Counted from the first letter of the stretch, positions 11,909 through 21,597 are shown. The stretch is DNA of 64,000 nt from Acidobacteriota bacterium (GCA_965205505.1 CBDBHB010000009.1:480001-544000), one strand, 5' to 3'. Numbers and translations are program-made. Notes: a model not told the origin generated them from the letters alone.

Positions 11909-11910
11909 GT

Positions 11911-13905
11911 TTAGTCATTTAGGTCGAACGCCAGCAACACGTTGCCTGGCGCGCCGCCGAGAATCGCGTACCCGGAGCCCACGTACAGCATTCCATCGAC
12001 GATCGACGGGCCGGCGCCGCCAAAGCCACCCCCGAAGCCCTCGATCCCGTTGATGGTCTCGTAGTCATGCAGCGTCTTGAACTCCCAGAGGATGCTGCCG
12101 TCTTCGGACGAGAACGAGCGCATGATGCCGTCGCGCGAGCCCGTGAAGACGGCGCCCTCGATAGCGCTCGCCGCGGCCCAGTTACCCGAGTGGCACGTTT
12201 CGGTCGACTCCGGATCCTCACAGTCGGTGCGCTGAGGAATCGGCGTGTGCCAGACGCGGGAGCCGTCTTCGACGCGGAGCGCGGCGATGCTGCCGCTGCC
12301 GTCCGCGAAGGGCAACGGCTTGAAGTAGTACTTGCCGTTGAAGGCTCCGCCGAACCCGGCGTTCGAGGCGGCCATCGTGTCGCCCGCCTGTGCAACCCAC
12401 AAGATGGCACCGTCGTTGTCGGGATCGAGTGCGGTGACCCGACCGCTCTCCTGCCCCTGGATCAGGATCCGTCGGCCGTCGGCGAGCGTGTGCAGCACGG
12501 GTGACCCTGACGGATCGTCGTCGGGACCGTTGACGAAGCCAGGGCAATTGACGCGTATCTCTTCTGCCGTCATCCCGCAGCCACCACCGTGCCGGTCGTA
12601 GACGACCCGCAGCAGCTGTGTCCACCAAAGCCGCTCGCCGGTGTCCATATCGAAAGCGAAGACGGCGTTGCAGGCGCCGTCGTCGTAACGGTTCTCGTCC
12701 TCGAAGAACTCGGTGATGTAACAGTTGCCCGCGGTCGCATAGAGCTTGCGGTTTTCGAGGTCGAGGGTCGGGGCGTTCCACACCGCCGCTCCGGCCGGCC
12801 CCCAGAGCTGCGTGCCGGCGGCGTTCGTGCCAAGCGGCTTCGCAGGTTCGGGGAACGTGTAGGTCGCCCAGATTTTCTCGCCCGTGTTTACGTCAACGGC
12901 GACGACGCTGCCCTGGAACTTGCAGCATCCGTACTCGAGCGCCATGCCGGGCATCTCCTCCCAGGAGGCCACTCCGACATACAGATGGCCGCCAGGCGAC
13001 GGATCGAGTGTCGGCGGACCGGTCATCTTCGAGGCGGGATGGTCGTCGGGCCGCATCGTCCACAGCTTCTCGCCGGTCTCGGCGTCGACCGCGCTGACGT
13101 AGCCCATGTAATCGCCGAACATTGCCGCGTAGCGCACGCCCGGCACCTCGGTCACCTCGCCGATGCTGATCGCGGTGCGCACCTGACCCGGTGCCTCGAA
13201 CGACCAGTGCACACAGCCCGTCTTGGCATCGAGCGCATAGACGAAATTGTTGTCGCTACCGATGAACAGTGCTCCGTCAACGACGGTCGGCTGCGCCCAT
13301 GCAGCCGACGCGGCGCCAGGGAACGCGAATGCCCATTTGAGCTTCAAGTTCGAGGCCTGGGCGCCGGTGAAGCCGGCGGCGGCCTGCGGCTGGAACCGGT
13401 ACGACCGCGTCGGGTCCGGAGCCCAACCGTTCCACGCTGGCTTCGAAAAGGGATCGTCCAGACGCAGCGGGCTGGCGCACGGGTTGCTCATGGCGTCGGC
13501 CGTCCGATCGGCGATGCCGCCTAACGGCTTGCCGCTCGCCAGCTCTGCCATCGCGCGTAGCTGCTCCTCGTTGAATTCCGGCACGAACTCTGCCATCGGC
13601 CCGGTGGTGAGCGCCTGCAGGATGCGCTCTGGATCCATGCGTCGCAGCGCCTCGCGGCTCGGGGCGCGCATTTCGGGGTCGTTGCTTTCGTGACAGTTGA
13701 TACAAAACCACTCGAAATACGGGACCATGCCGGCCATGGATGCGTCGCCTGGCCGTCGGAATTCCTCCTGCGGCTGCAGTGTGACGGTCGAACGGACCGT
13801 TGGCAGCGCGTCAGCGGCTGAAGGGACCGTGTACAGCGCCAGTGCGGTGAAAAAGATGAACGCAACGACGGCGCTCAATGACATCAAGGTGCGACTGAAC
13901 ATCAC
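11911..13905 (-). CDS. PQQ-dependent dehydrogenase with N-terminal cytochrome c (polyvinyl-alcohol-dehydrogenase-like), copy 1
   Basis: Signal peptide, CINCH heme motif, PQQ propeller repeats, vicinal CC (YGCCKFQGS), C-terminal LYVGSGY..GNVLLAF. Confidence 0.88.
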   Translation of the reverse strand: MMFSRTLMSLSAVVAFIFFTALALYTVPSAADALPTVRSTVTLQPQEEFRRPGDASMAGMVPYFEWFCINCHESNDPEMRAPSREALRRMDPERILQALTTGPMAEFVPEFNEEQLRAMAELASGKPLGGIADRTADAMSNPCASPLRLDDPFSKPAWNGWAPDPTRSYRFQPQAAAGFTGAQASNLKLKWAFAFPGAASAAWAQPTVVDGALFIGSDNNFVYALDAKTGCVHWSFEAPGQVRTAISIGEVTEVPGVRYAAMFGDYMGYVSAVDAETGEKLWTMRPDDHPASKMTGPPTLDPSPGGHLYVGVASWEEMPGMALEYGCCKFQGSVVAVDVNTGEKIWATYTFPEPAKPLGTNAAGTQLWGPAGAAVWNAPTLDLENRKLYATAGNCYITEFFEDENRYDDGACNAVFAFDMDTGERLWWTQLLRVVYDRHGGGCGMTAEEIRVNCPGFVNGPDDDPSGSPVLHTLADGRRILIQGQESGRVTALDPDNDGAILWVAQAGDTMAASNAGFGGAFNGKYYFKPLPFADGSGSIAALRVEDGSRVWHTPIPQRTDCEDPESTETCHSGNWAAASAIEGAVFTGSRDGIMRSFSSEDGSILWEFKTLHDYETINGIEGFGGGFGGAGPSIVDGMLYVGSGYAILGGAPGNVLLAFDLND

Positions 13906-14039
13906 TGTTCCTCCGTCGGACAGCTCCAGGTACCGTCGGGGCGGATCTTAGGGATGGTTCCGCAGTGAGACAAGAGGGGCGACAAGTTTGCGGCTGGGCG
14001 GTCAGGCGAGCCTGCTCAGAACGTTTTCCTGCCTCCTAC

Positions 14040-15983
14040 TCACTCCAAGCCGAACGCCAACAGGACGTTTCCCGGCGCGCCGCCGAGGATCGCGTAGCCG
14101 GAGCCCACATACAGCATGCCGTCGACGATCGACGGGGCGGCACCGCCGAAGCCGCCGCCGAAGCCCGCGACGCCGTTGATGGTGTCGAAGTCGCGCCTGC
14201 TGTTGAACTCCCACTGAACGCTGCCGTCCTCGGTCGAGAAGGAGCGCAGCACCCCGTCGCGTGAGCCGGTGAAGACGGCGCCAGGGATGGCGCTCGCCGC
14301 CGCCCAGTTGCCGGAGTGACACGTCTTGGTCGAGTCCGGATCCTCACAGTCGGTACGCTGCGGGACCGGCGTGTGCCAGACACGAGATCCGTCAGCTGCC
14401 CGGAGCGCCGCGATGCTGCCGCTGCCGTCCTCGAAGGGAAGCGGCTTGAAGTAGTACTCGCCGTCGAACGCGCCGCCGAAGCCGCCGTTCGCTGCCCCCA
14501 GTTCATCGCCGGCTTGCGCTACCCAGAGGATGGCGCCGTCGTTGTCGGGATCGAGGGCGGTGACCCGCCCGCTCTCCTGACCCTGGATCAGGATGCGGCG
14601 GCCATCCGCGAGCGTGTGCAGTATGGGCGATCCCGAGGGGTCATCGTCGCGACCGTCGACATAGCCGGGGCAGTTGATGCGCTGCTGCTCGGGAGTCATT
14701 CCACAGCCGCCCCCATGCGGATCATGGGCTAGGAGCTGTGTCCACCAGAGGCGCTCACCGCTGTCCATATCGAACGCGAAGACGGCGTCGCAGGCACCAT
14801 CGTCGAAGCCGAAGCGCTCCTCGAAAAACTCGGTGATGTAGCAGTTTCCGGCGGTCGCATAGAGCTTGCGGTTGTCGAGATCGAGCGTCGGCGCGTTCCA
14901 CACCGCCGCCCCTGCGGGCCCCCAGAGTTGTGTGCCGGCGGCGTTCTTGCGAAGCGGTTTCGGACGCTCGTGGAACGTGTAGGTCGCCCACACTTTCTCG
15001 CCCGTATTAACGTCGACCGCGACGACGCTGCCCTGGAACTTGCAGCACCCGTATTCGATCGCCATCCCGGGAATCTCCTCCCAGGACGCTACACCGACAT
15101 ACAGATGACCGCCCGGCGACGGGTCGAGCGTCGGCGGCCCGGTCATCTTGGCGGCCGGATGGTCGTCCGGACGCATCGTCCACAGCTTCTCGCCGGTCTC
15201 AGCGTTGACCGCCGTGACGTAGCCCATGTAGTCGCCGAACATCGCCGCGTAACGCACACCCGGCACCTCGGTCACCTCGCCGATGCTCACCGCGGTACGC
15301 ACCTGCCCGGGTGCCTCGAACGACCAGTGCACGCATCCGGTCTTTGCATCGAGCGCGTAGACGAAGTTGTTGTCGCTGCCGAGAAACAGCGCGCCGCCGA
15401 CGACGGTGGGTTGCGCCCAGGCAGCCGAAGCGGCACCGGGGATGGCGAACGCCCACTTGAGCTTCAGGTCGGAGACCTCGGCGCCGGTGAGGCCGGCGGC
15501 CTCCTGTGGCTGGAAGCGGTAGGACCTCGTCGGGTCAGGTGTCCAGCCGTTCCACCCTGGCTGGGCAAAGGGGTCGTCGAACCGCAACGGACTGGCGCAA
15601 GGGTTGCTCATTGCGGCGGCGGTGCGCTCGGCGACGCCGCCGAATGGCTTACCGCTCACCAGCTCCGCCATCGCCCGTAGCCTCTCGTCGTCGAAGTTCG
15701 GCACAAATTCGGCCATCGGCCCGGCGGTGAGCGCTTGAAGAACGCGCTCCGGGTCCATCAACCTGAGCGTCTCGCGGCTCGGTGCGCGATTGTCCGGATC
15801 CGTGCTCTCGTGGCAGGTGGCGCAGGCAAGCTCGAAGAACACCACCATGCCAGCCGTGGAGGCGTCGGGCAGTGGCCGTTGCCGCTGCGCCGATGCGATC
15901 GAAGGCGAGGCGTACAGCTCCAGCGCCAAGACAGCGCCAGGCATCATCACGGCACTTGTCGACAGCAGAACTCGTCTGAACAT
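14040..15983 (-). CDS. PQQ-dependent dehydrogenase with N-terminal cytochrome c, copy 2
   Basis: CATCH heme motif, same propeller motifs, long stretches identical to copy 1; ATG 15983. Confidence 0.88.
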   Translation of the reverse strand: MFRRVLLSTSAVMMPGAVLALELYASPSIASAQRQRPLPDASTAGMVVFFELACATCHESTDPDNRAPSRETLRLMDPERVLQALTAGPMAEFVPNFDDERLRAMAELVSGKPFGGVAERTAAAMSNPCASPLRFDDPFAQPGWNGWTPDPTRSYRFQPQEAAGLTGAEVSDLKLKWAFAIPGAASAAWAQPTVVGGALFLGSDNNFVYALDAKTGCVHWSFEAPGQVRTAVSIGEVTEVPGVRYAAMFGDYMGYVTAVNAETGEKLWTMRPDDHPAAKMTGPPTLDPSPGGHLYVGVASWEEIPGMAIEYGCCKFQGSVVAVDVNTGEKVWATYTFHERPKPLRKNAAGTQLWGPAGAAVWNAPTLDLDNRKLYATAGNCYITEFFEERFGFDDGACDAVFAFDMDSGERLWWTQLLAHDPHGGGCGMTPEQQRINCPGYVDGRDDDPSGSPILHTLADGRRILIQGQESGRVTALDPDNDGAILWVAQAGDELGAANGGFGGAFDGEYYFKPLPFEDGSGSIAALRAADGSRVWHTPVPQRTDCEDPDSTKTCHSGNWAAASAIPGAVFTGSRDGVLRSFSTEDGSVQWEFNSRRDFDTINGVAGFGGGFGGAAPSIVDGMLYVGSGYAILGGAPGNVLLAFGLE

Positions 15984-16020
15984 TGCTGAATCTCCCTTTG
16001 AACGGCCTGGCCCCAAAACT

Positions 16021-16051
16021 GGCCTGTTAGTGGCCTGTTACAGGCCACTAG
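16021..16051. repeat. Collapsed family A palindrome TAGTGGCCTGT-T-ACAGGCCACTA preceded by a family B end
   Basis: Perfect 11-bp inverted repeat made of two MITE termini; supplies the TAG stop of the upstream gene. Confidence 0.7.
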
Positions 16052-17262
16052 ACTAGCCTGGCCAGAACGCCTAGCAGCCTCGCCACGTCGGCCCGATTGT
16101 TGAACAGCGCCACCGCTGCGCGTAGTAGCCGGCCGTCTTCCTGGAACGTGACCGGGACGTGGTCCGCCCTGAGTGCTTTGAGCAATTTCTCAGGATCCAG
16201 CCCGTGGTAGAAGCTGACGATCGGCGAGGTATTGTCCGGCGGCGTAAATAGATCGAGGCCGAGCTCGGCGACTCCCGCGCGCAGCTCGCCAGCTAGCGCA
16301 ACGGTGTGTCGTTCGATGCGATCGAGCCCCACGTCCTCGAGCACGGTCAGCGCTGCGTCCATGGCGGCCATGGCGCCATACGACACGTTGGCGTATTCGA
16401 ACTTCTCGGCTGTCGTCTTGAGAAGAAAGTGATGATCCAGAAGGTTCTCGGCGACCTGACCGTGGCCGTAGCGGTCGGGTGTCATCCATTCGAGATGCTC
16501 CCGGCGAACGTACAGGGGCGCACAGCCGAAATCGGCGAACAGCCACTTGTAACCGTTGCCACAGGCGAAATCGGCGCCCTCGTCATGGAGATTGGTCGTG
16601 AAGGTACCGAAGGCGTGAATCGCGTCGGCGTAGAGGTAGGCGCCATTGGCGTGGGCAAGCTCACCGAGCGACGGCAGGTGGTGGCGAAATCCGTTGCGGT
16701 TCGAGACCCAGGCGACGCTGATCAATCGCGTGCGGCCGTCGACACGGGCCTCGAAGTCCTCGATGCGCGCCCGTCCGCCATGCGAAGGCACGATGCGCAA
16801 CTCGACTCCGGAGCGCTTCTGGAGCTCGCGATAGAGGACGAAGCTGGTGGTGAAATGAAGCTCATCGAGCACGACGTTGTCGCCCGCTTTCCAGTCAATG
16901 GCGCCGACCACGATGTTTTCGCCGTCGCTAGTGGCGTAGAGAAACGCGATCTCGTCCTCGTCGGCGCCGAAGAGCGCGGCGAACTTGGCACGGGCGCGCT
17001 CTTTTGCCGCGCGGCGGCTCGCCGGGTTCCGGTAGAGCATCTTCTCGTCCGCGTATGCCACCAGCGTGTTGCGAACGGTTCGCGACAGCGGGCCGAGCGA
17101 CGCGGTATTGAGATAGGCCAGCTCGTCGGTGACCGGGAACTCGGAACGCACCCCGAGCGGATCGTCCTCGGACGGCGACGCGAGCCCGCGTGTCGTCGGC
17201 AGCGCCGCGAGCCCGGTGATCGCGGTCGTTCTCAGGAAGTTGCGACGGCTCAGAGCATTCAC
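16048..17262 (-). CDS. Class V PLP-dependent aminotransferase/desulfurase-like enzyme with Tat signal
   Basis: SRRNFLR twin-arginine leader; YLNTASLGP, ADAIH, GYKWL (PLP lysine). Confidence 0.85.
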   Translation of the reverse strand: MNALSRRNFLRTTAITGLAALPTTRGLASPSEDDPLGVRSEFPVTDELAYLNTASLGPLSRTVRNTLVAYADEKMLYRNPASRRAAKERARAKFAALFGADEDEIAFLYATSDGENIVVGAIDWKAGDNVVLDELHFTTSFVLYRELQKRSGVELRIVPSHGGRARIEDFEARVDGRTRLISVAWVSNRNGFRHHLPSLGELAHANGAYLYADAIHAFGTFTTNLHDEGADFACGNGYKWLFADFGCAPLYVRREHLEWMTPDRYGHGQVAENLLDHHFLLKTTAEKFEYANVSYGAMAAMDAALTVLEDVGLDRIERHTVALAGELRAGVAELGLDLFTPPDNTSPIVSFYHGLDPEKLLKALRADHVPVTFQEDGRLLRAAVALFNNRADVARLLGVLARLV

Positions 17263-17406
17263 GAGGATCTCTCCCGACTGGGTACCTGGCTCGAGTTTCT
17301 ATCTACTAGATGAGATGAGAAGGCCAACCTCCTGAACGCAGTAGCCTGACGGCTCTGCAAACGTTTCTTCAAACGTAACGGGCTCGAAGCCCAAGGAGGT
17401 TGGCCG

Positions 17407-18449
17407 ATGAGGAGTGTAACGATTGGACTGGACGTAAGCGACCGGTACAGCCGTATGTGCGTGCTCGACAGTAAGGGCAGGGTGATGGAGGAAGGGCGGG
17501 TGAGGACGAGCCCGGAGGGGCTGGCGAGGCGGTTCGGGTGCGAGGAGCCCGCTCGAGTAGTGCTGGAGGTTGGAACGCACTCGCCGTGGATGAGTGAGCA
17601 GTTGAAGCAACTGGGTCATGAGGTGCTGGTGGCTAACCCGAGGCGGCTGAAGCTGATCTATGGCGAGCACGGACCGACCGGTTGGATGCCGAGCACCTGG
17701 CACGAGTGGGCAGAATGGACCCAAAGCTGCTTAAGACGGTGCAGCATCGAGGCAGACAAGCGCGAGCGGATCTAGCCGTGATTCGGAGCCGAGATGCTCT
17801 GGTAAAGAGCCGCACGCAGTTGGTGAGCCATGTGCGTGGTGCGGTCAAGTCGGCCGGTTGTCGTATTCCCAGGTGCTCGACGCCGGCGTTCGCGCGCACC
17901 GCGCCAGAGCACATACCGGAGCGGCTCAAGGGAGCGCTCGAGCCGGTGCTTGAAACGATCGCCATGCTGACGGGCAACATCCAGCAATACGAGCGTCAGA
18001 TCGTGCAGCTGTGCCAGGGGCGATACCCGGAGACACAGCAGCTCCAGCAAGTGGCCGGGGTCGGAGCTCTGACCGCACTGGCGTATGTGCTGACGCTCGA
18101 GGAGCCGGAACGGTTCAATACCTCCAGAGCCGTGGGCCCGTACCTGGGACTGAGACCGAAGAAACGGCAGTCGGGGGACAAGGACCCTGCGCTACGAATA
18201 ACCAAGGCGGGCGACAAAATGCTCCGACGCCTGTTGGTGGGCTCGGCGCATTACATCCTGGGCCCCTTCGGGCCCGATACTGAGCTCAGACGCTGGGGGC
18301 TCAAGCTGGCCGGACGCGGTGGTCCTCATGGCAACAAAAAGGCAGCAGTTGCTGTCGCCCGTAAGCTCGCCGTTGTGCTGCACCGACTGTGGCTGAGTGG
18401 AGACGAGTACGAACCGTTGCGCGCACCTGTAGAGGTTTCAGCAGCATGA
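17407..18449 (+). pseudogene. IS110 recombinase (DEDD + Tnp_20), frameshifted near 17670
   Basis: IGLDVS, VLEVGT, then frame change at GAGCACGGACCGACCGGTTGGAT where K-T-D-x-x-D-A is expected; GVG, YLGL.P..RQSG, ITKAG, AVARKLAV. Confidence 0.9.
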
Positions 18450-18695
18450 ACTAACCCGCAACCAGGAGGTCGGTAGGGCGACGCGACCCAACGGTTATCG
18501 ATCTGACCGCCCGGTCCGGGCGACTGCGAAGGTCACTACGAGCTTCGAGCTCGGCAGCTAGATTGCAGCGCCTCGAATCGGGACGGACCCCAGAATGCAC
18601 CGGACGACCTGAATCCTCGTCCACCAGAGTGCGAATAGGAGCATGGCGTGCAGATCGATTCTTCGCTGGGCACCACATTGCCCTTGACCGAACTA
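18450..18695 (+). ncRNA. Putative bridge/seek RNA of the IS1111 element
   Basis: Stem / 9+9-nt internal loop / stem-loop at 18519-18572 with target-matching segments; second stem-loop GCAC..GGACGA/TCGTCC..GTGC; boundaries approximate. Confidence 0.7.
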
Positions 18696-18711
18696 GGCCT
18701 TCTCATAGAAG

Positions 18712-18982
18712 TGGCCTGTAACAGAGGTTCGTTGCATATTGCTGGGACGAGATGGGGGCAAGCTCAAGGCGCGATGAGGATGGCGATGCGGTGCCCATCG
18801 TCGACGAATCGCAACGCTGAGATTGCCCCCATCTCGTCCCAGCCCTCCGGGTGGCCGCGGGACTGGCCACCTCCGGCGTCGGCTCTCCTCTGCGATACGC
18901 TCAGCATCGCCGTCGTCGGGCCTCCTTGGATTCGACTCAGTCGCGCGCGCCACAATATGCAACGAACCTCTGTTACAGGACA
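18712..18982. mobile_element. MITE (family A), 271 bp, ~30-bp terminal IRs, CTAG-flanked
   Basis: TGGCCTGTAACAGAGGTTCGTTGCATATTG ... CAATATGCAACGAACCTCTGTTACAGGACA; CTAG at 18983-18986 and at 17306-17309 once the IS is removed; no credible ORF. Confidence 0.85.
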
Positions 18983-19020
18983 CTAGCGGCCGAGTCGATC
19001 AGGGGTAACGGTCGCGCGCT

Positions 19021-20760
19021 CTAACGAGCCGGCTGCTGTTTGATGATCCACTCGACCAGTTTCGCCACGGCCTTCGAAGTTGCGGCGTCCAGAGCATCGA
19101 GGTCGTTCATGTCGTCGACACGGATGCGCTCGTCCGTGTCGGCGTCGCGCTGCGTGCTCCGTACCCTGAGGCGGAGATCCATTTCTCGGCGGGGCTCGTC
19201 CGCGAGCTCACGCAGCTCGATCCAGGCGGTGAAGTCGACCAAGGCCGGGTACCGCGCCAGCGCGATCGTGGGTTGTCGCTCCAGGTGGCGCGCTATGCGA
19301 CGGTGCACACTTCGCAGCGCCAGCTGCGCCGCGAGGTCGGGGACCATCGGCTTGAGAAACTCGATCACCGGCCCCTCATTCAGGGTAACGAGTCCCGCGG
19401 GTGGGTCCGACACGCGGCGTAGCCGGTCGATGATCTCCTCGGCGGGCACCCCTGCGCGCCGCGCCCGGATGGCGTGATTCTAGGCGGCCGGGTAGTCCAA
19501 CAGCCGGTACGCGACTTGGGCGATGCGCGCGTGCAGCTCACCGGAGCCTGGGGTCAGATCAAGCGCCTGCTCGTAGGCCTGGCGGGCCCCTGGCCACACG
19601 CCGGCGTCCTCGAGCACCCGGCCGCGACCCAGGTGCGCGGAGCTCAGCTGCGGATCGATGGCGGCGGCCGCCCGGAACATCGACAGGGCGGCCGTGGGGT
19701 CATCCGCGAGCAGGCGCGACGCCTGCCGTAACGCAGACCGCGCGCCAGCATAATCCACCGAGGTGCGGAAGACGCCAGGCTGCACCAACGGATCGGCATC
19801 GGCAACCTTGACCACTACGCTATGCCCACCTTGCTGTACCGGCGTGGGACCGCGGTAGGCGAGCACGTAGTAGCCGCGCACCAGCGCCAGCACTTTGTCG
19901 TAGCCGTCGCGTATGTCACGTTGCATGATCAACTGCCCGCCGGAGACGCGCGCCAGCTCTCCGAGCTGTTGCTGTAGCTGCTCGATGTAGGAGCGCTCAC
20001 GCTGGTAGCTGGCGAAATCCCATGAAAAGCTGGGCGCCAAGCGGCGGCCGGCCGCCAAGCCGACGGCGACCGCGAAGATCGGTGTCTCGGCCTGATGTGT
20101 CGCCAGCAGAACGTCGGCGTATTGTGCGTTGCCGCCGGTGTCTTCGCCGTCGGAGAGCAGCACCATCGCGGCACGTCGGCCAAGGGCCTCGGTCGCCGAC
20201 AGGGGCTCGGTGCAGCTGGCGTGGCCGGCGGCCCCATCGAGGCGCTCTTCATCTTCGGGCCGCCGCCTCCGCAGACCGCGGTAGGCGGCCTGAATGGCAT
20301 CGTAGAGGCGTGTCTCCGAGCCGTAGGGAATGGCGTCGACGATACGTCTCAGCAATGCATCCCGAGGCGATCCCCATCGGCCGGGCCCTACCGCCGAATG
20401 GAACGGCATGAGCAGGACACAGTCGTCGGGCGCCAGCGCGTCGAGAAGCGAGTGAATCGCCTCACGAGGTCTCGGGTCCGGCCACTCCTGTTCGATGCTC
20501 GCGCTGAAGTCCAGTACCAGCGCCAGGTCCAAGGGTGCGTTACTGGGTGCGAGCACCAACTGAATTTCCTGTTCGATCCCTTCTTCGAAAAGCCTGAAGT
20601 CGTCGACCCCGAGACCAGTGACGGGCTCGCCGTCGTCATCGAGTACTGCCACCTTGATGCGCGTCAGGTAGACAGCGGTGCGGTAGCTGTGCTGGTCCTG
20701 CGCGTCGAGCCGACCGCAGACCATCGCCACCAATGCCAGCAGGGCGAGCGTACGAACCAT
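19021..20760 (-). pseudogene. Secreted VWA (acidobacterial VWFA-type) + TPR protein, interrupted by an in-frame TAG at 19480-19482
   Basis: DFSAS MIDAS, TRLYDA, LLSDGED, TPR helices; frame continues LDYPAA*NHAIRARR into ORF 19021-19449. Confidence 0.8.
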
Positions 20761-20765
20761 CGAAC

Positions 20766-20777
20766 CTAGCAGGCCGT
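20766..20777 (+). repeat. Short family B terminus CTAGCAGGCCGT
   Basis: Identical to the first 12 nt of 36636-36661. Confidence 0.5.
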
Positions 20778-21007
20778 CCTACTCCTGTTTCCCCTGTACC
20801 CCAGGCGGCAAGGGGAGTCGCCGGCAAGTTGCCGAGCATAGTAGCGAGCTGCGCAAAGGTACCGTCGAACCTGCTTGTCTTCCACAGGCGGCCGTTGGTT
20901 TCCCGACCCGGAAGGTGCCCGATCGCGGCGCACGATCAGGACGTCTGTCGCCCTGTGTTCGCCAAACGCTGACTTCGACTCCGGTTTCCGGCGTAGCGAT
21001 ATCAATC

Positions 21008-21045
21008 TTAAATGTAGTTTAAATGTCTTTTAATGTGTTTTAAGG
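21008..21045 (+). promoter_or_regulatory. AT-rich phased direct repeats (TTWAATGT, 10-11 bp period), putative regulator boxes
   Basis: Copies at 21008, 21019, 21029 and degenerate at 21039, followed by AAGGAG. Confidence 0.5.
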
Positions 21046-21279
21046 AGTTATAACAGGTAGATGAAGGTGGCCGATGATCGGCAAGCGGCCTGGAGGAGCG
21101 TGTTTCGCGTGCGGCACACGGTCGAGCACCGCGCCCTCGGGCGGGGCTGTGCCTGCTCGGCCATCCCTGTCCGACAACTGCGGACGACGCTGGTGTTGGT
21201 CGTTGCGGCTGTGGCGTGGTCTTGGCTACTTTCTTGAAAGGCACCAGGAGCCAGTAGTGCGTGACCGGCAACGGCGCCG

Positions 21280-21597
21280 TTGGCCGGCTTCTCGAAACGA
21301 AACGTGCCCACGCTGCACGCCAACCGCCGAGACTACGGCGAGTTCTTGCAGGAAATGCTGGCGTTCCACACCACGGAGTACATGGCACTTGCCTTCGGCG
21401 GAGGCGGGCTGACCCGGGTGCCGGTGGTCAGCGTTGGCTCGTGGAATGAGGAATGGGAAGGGCATGCAGTGATGCCGTCCCGCTTCAATTTCACACTTTC
21501 GCCGCGCACGCAGCAGGGATTCGACTACGTGCTGGCGATCAAGCAGGCCTTCGGCTGGAACCACTACGCCGAGAAGAGCGTGCAACTGTCGTACTAG
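21280..21597 (+). pseudogene. C-terminal remnant of a GH99-like glycoside hydrolase
   Basis: SWNEEWEGHAVMP resembles the (S/A)WNEWxEG..IEP motif of GH99/GH71-like barrels; too short to be complete. Confidence 0.45.

Larger units (their letters stand above)
17308..18711 (+). mobile_element. IS110 family, IS1111-type element
   Basis: Sub-terminal IRs ATGAGAAGGCC (17315-17325) and GGCCTTCTCAT (18696-18706); AG core at both junctions; long 3' non-coding end. Confidence 0.88.

Noticed and set aside
18684-18711. Strong junction promoter of the IS1111 circle
   Set aside because: TTGACC is present but the implied -10 (TAGAAG) is a weak match, so it was not called
19480-19482. Pyrrolysine or genome-wide amber recoding
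   Set aside because: Many genes here end normally at TAG and no pyl genes are visible
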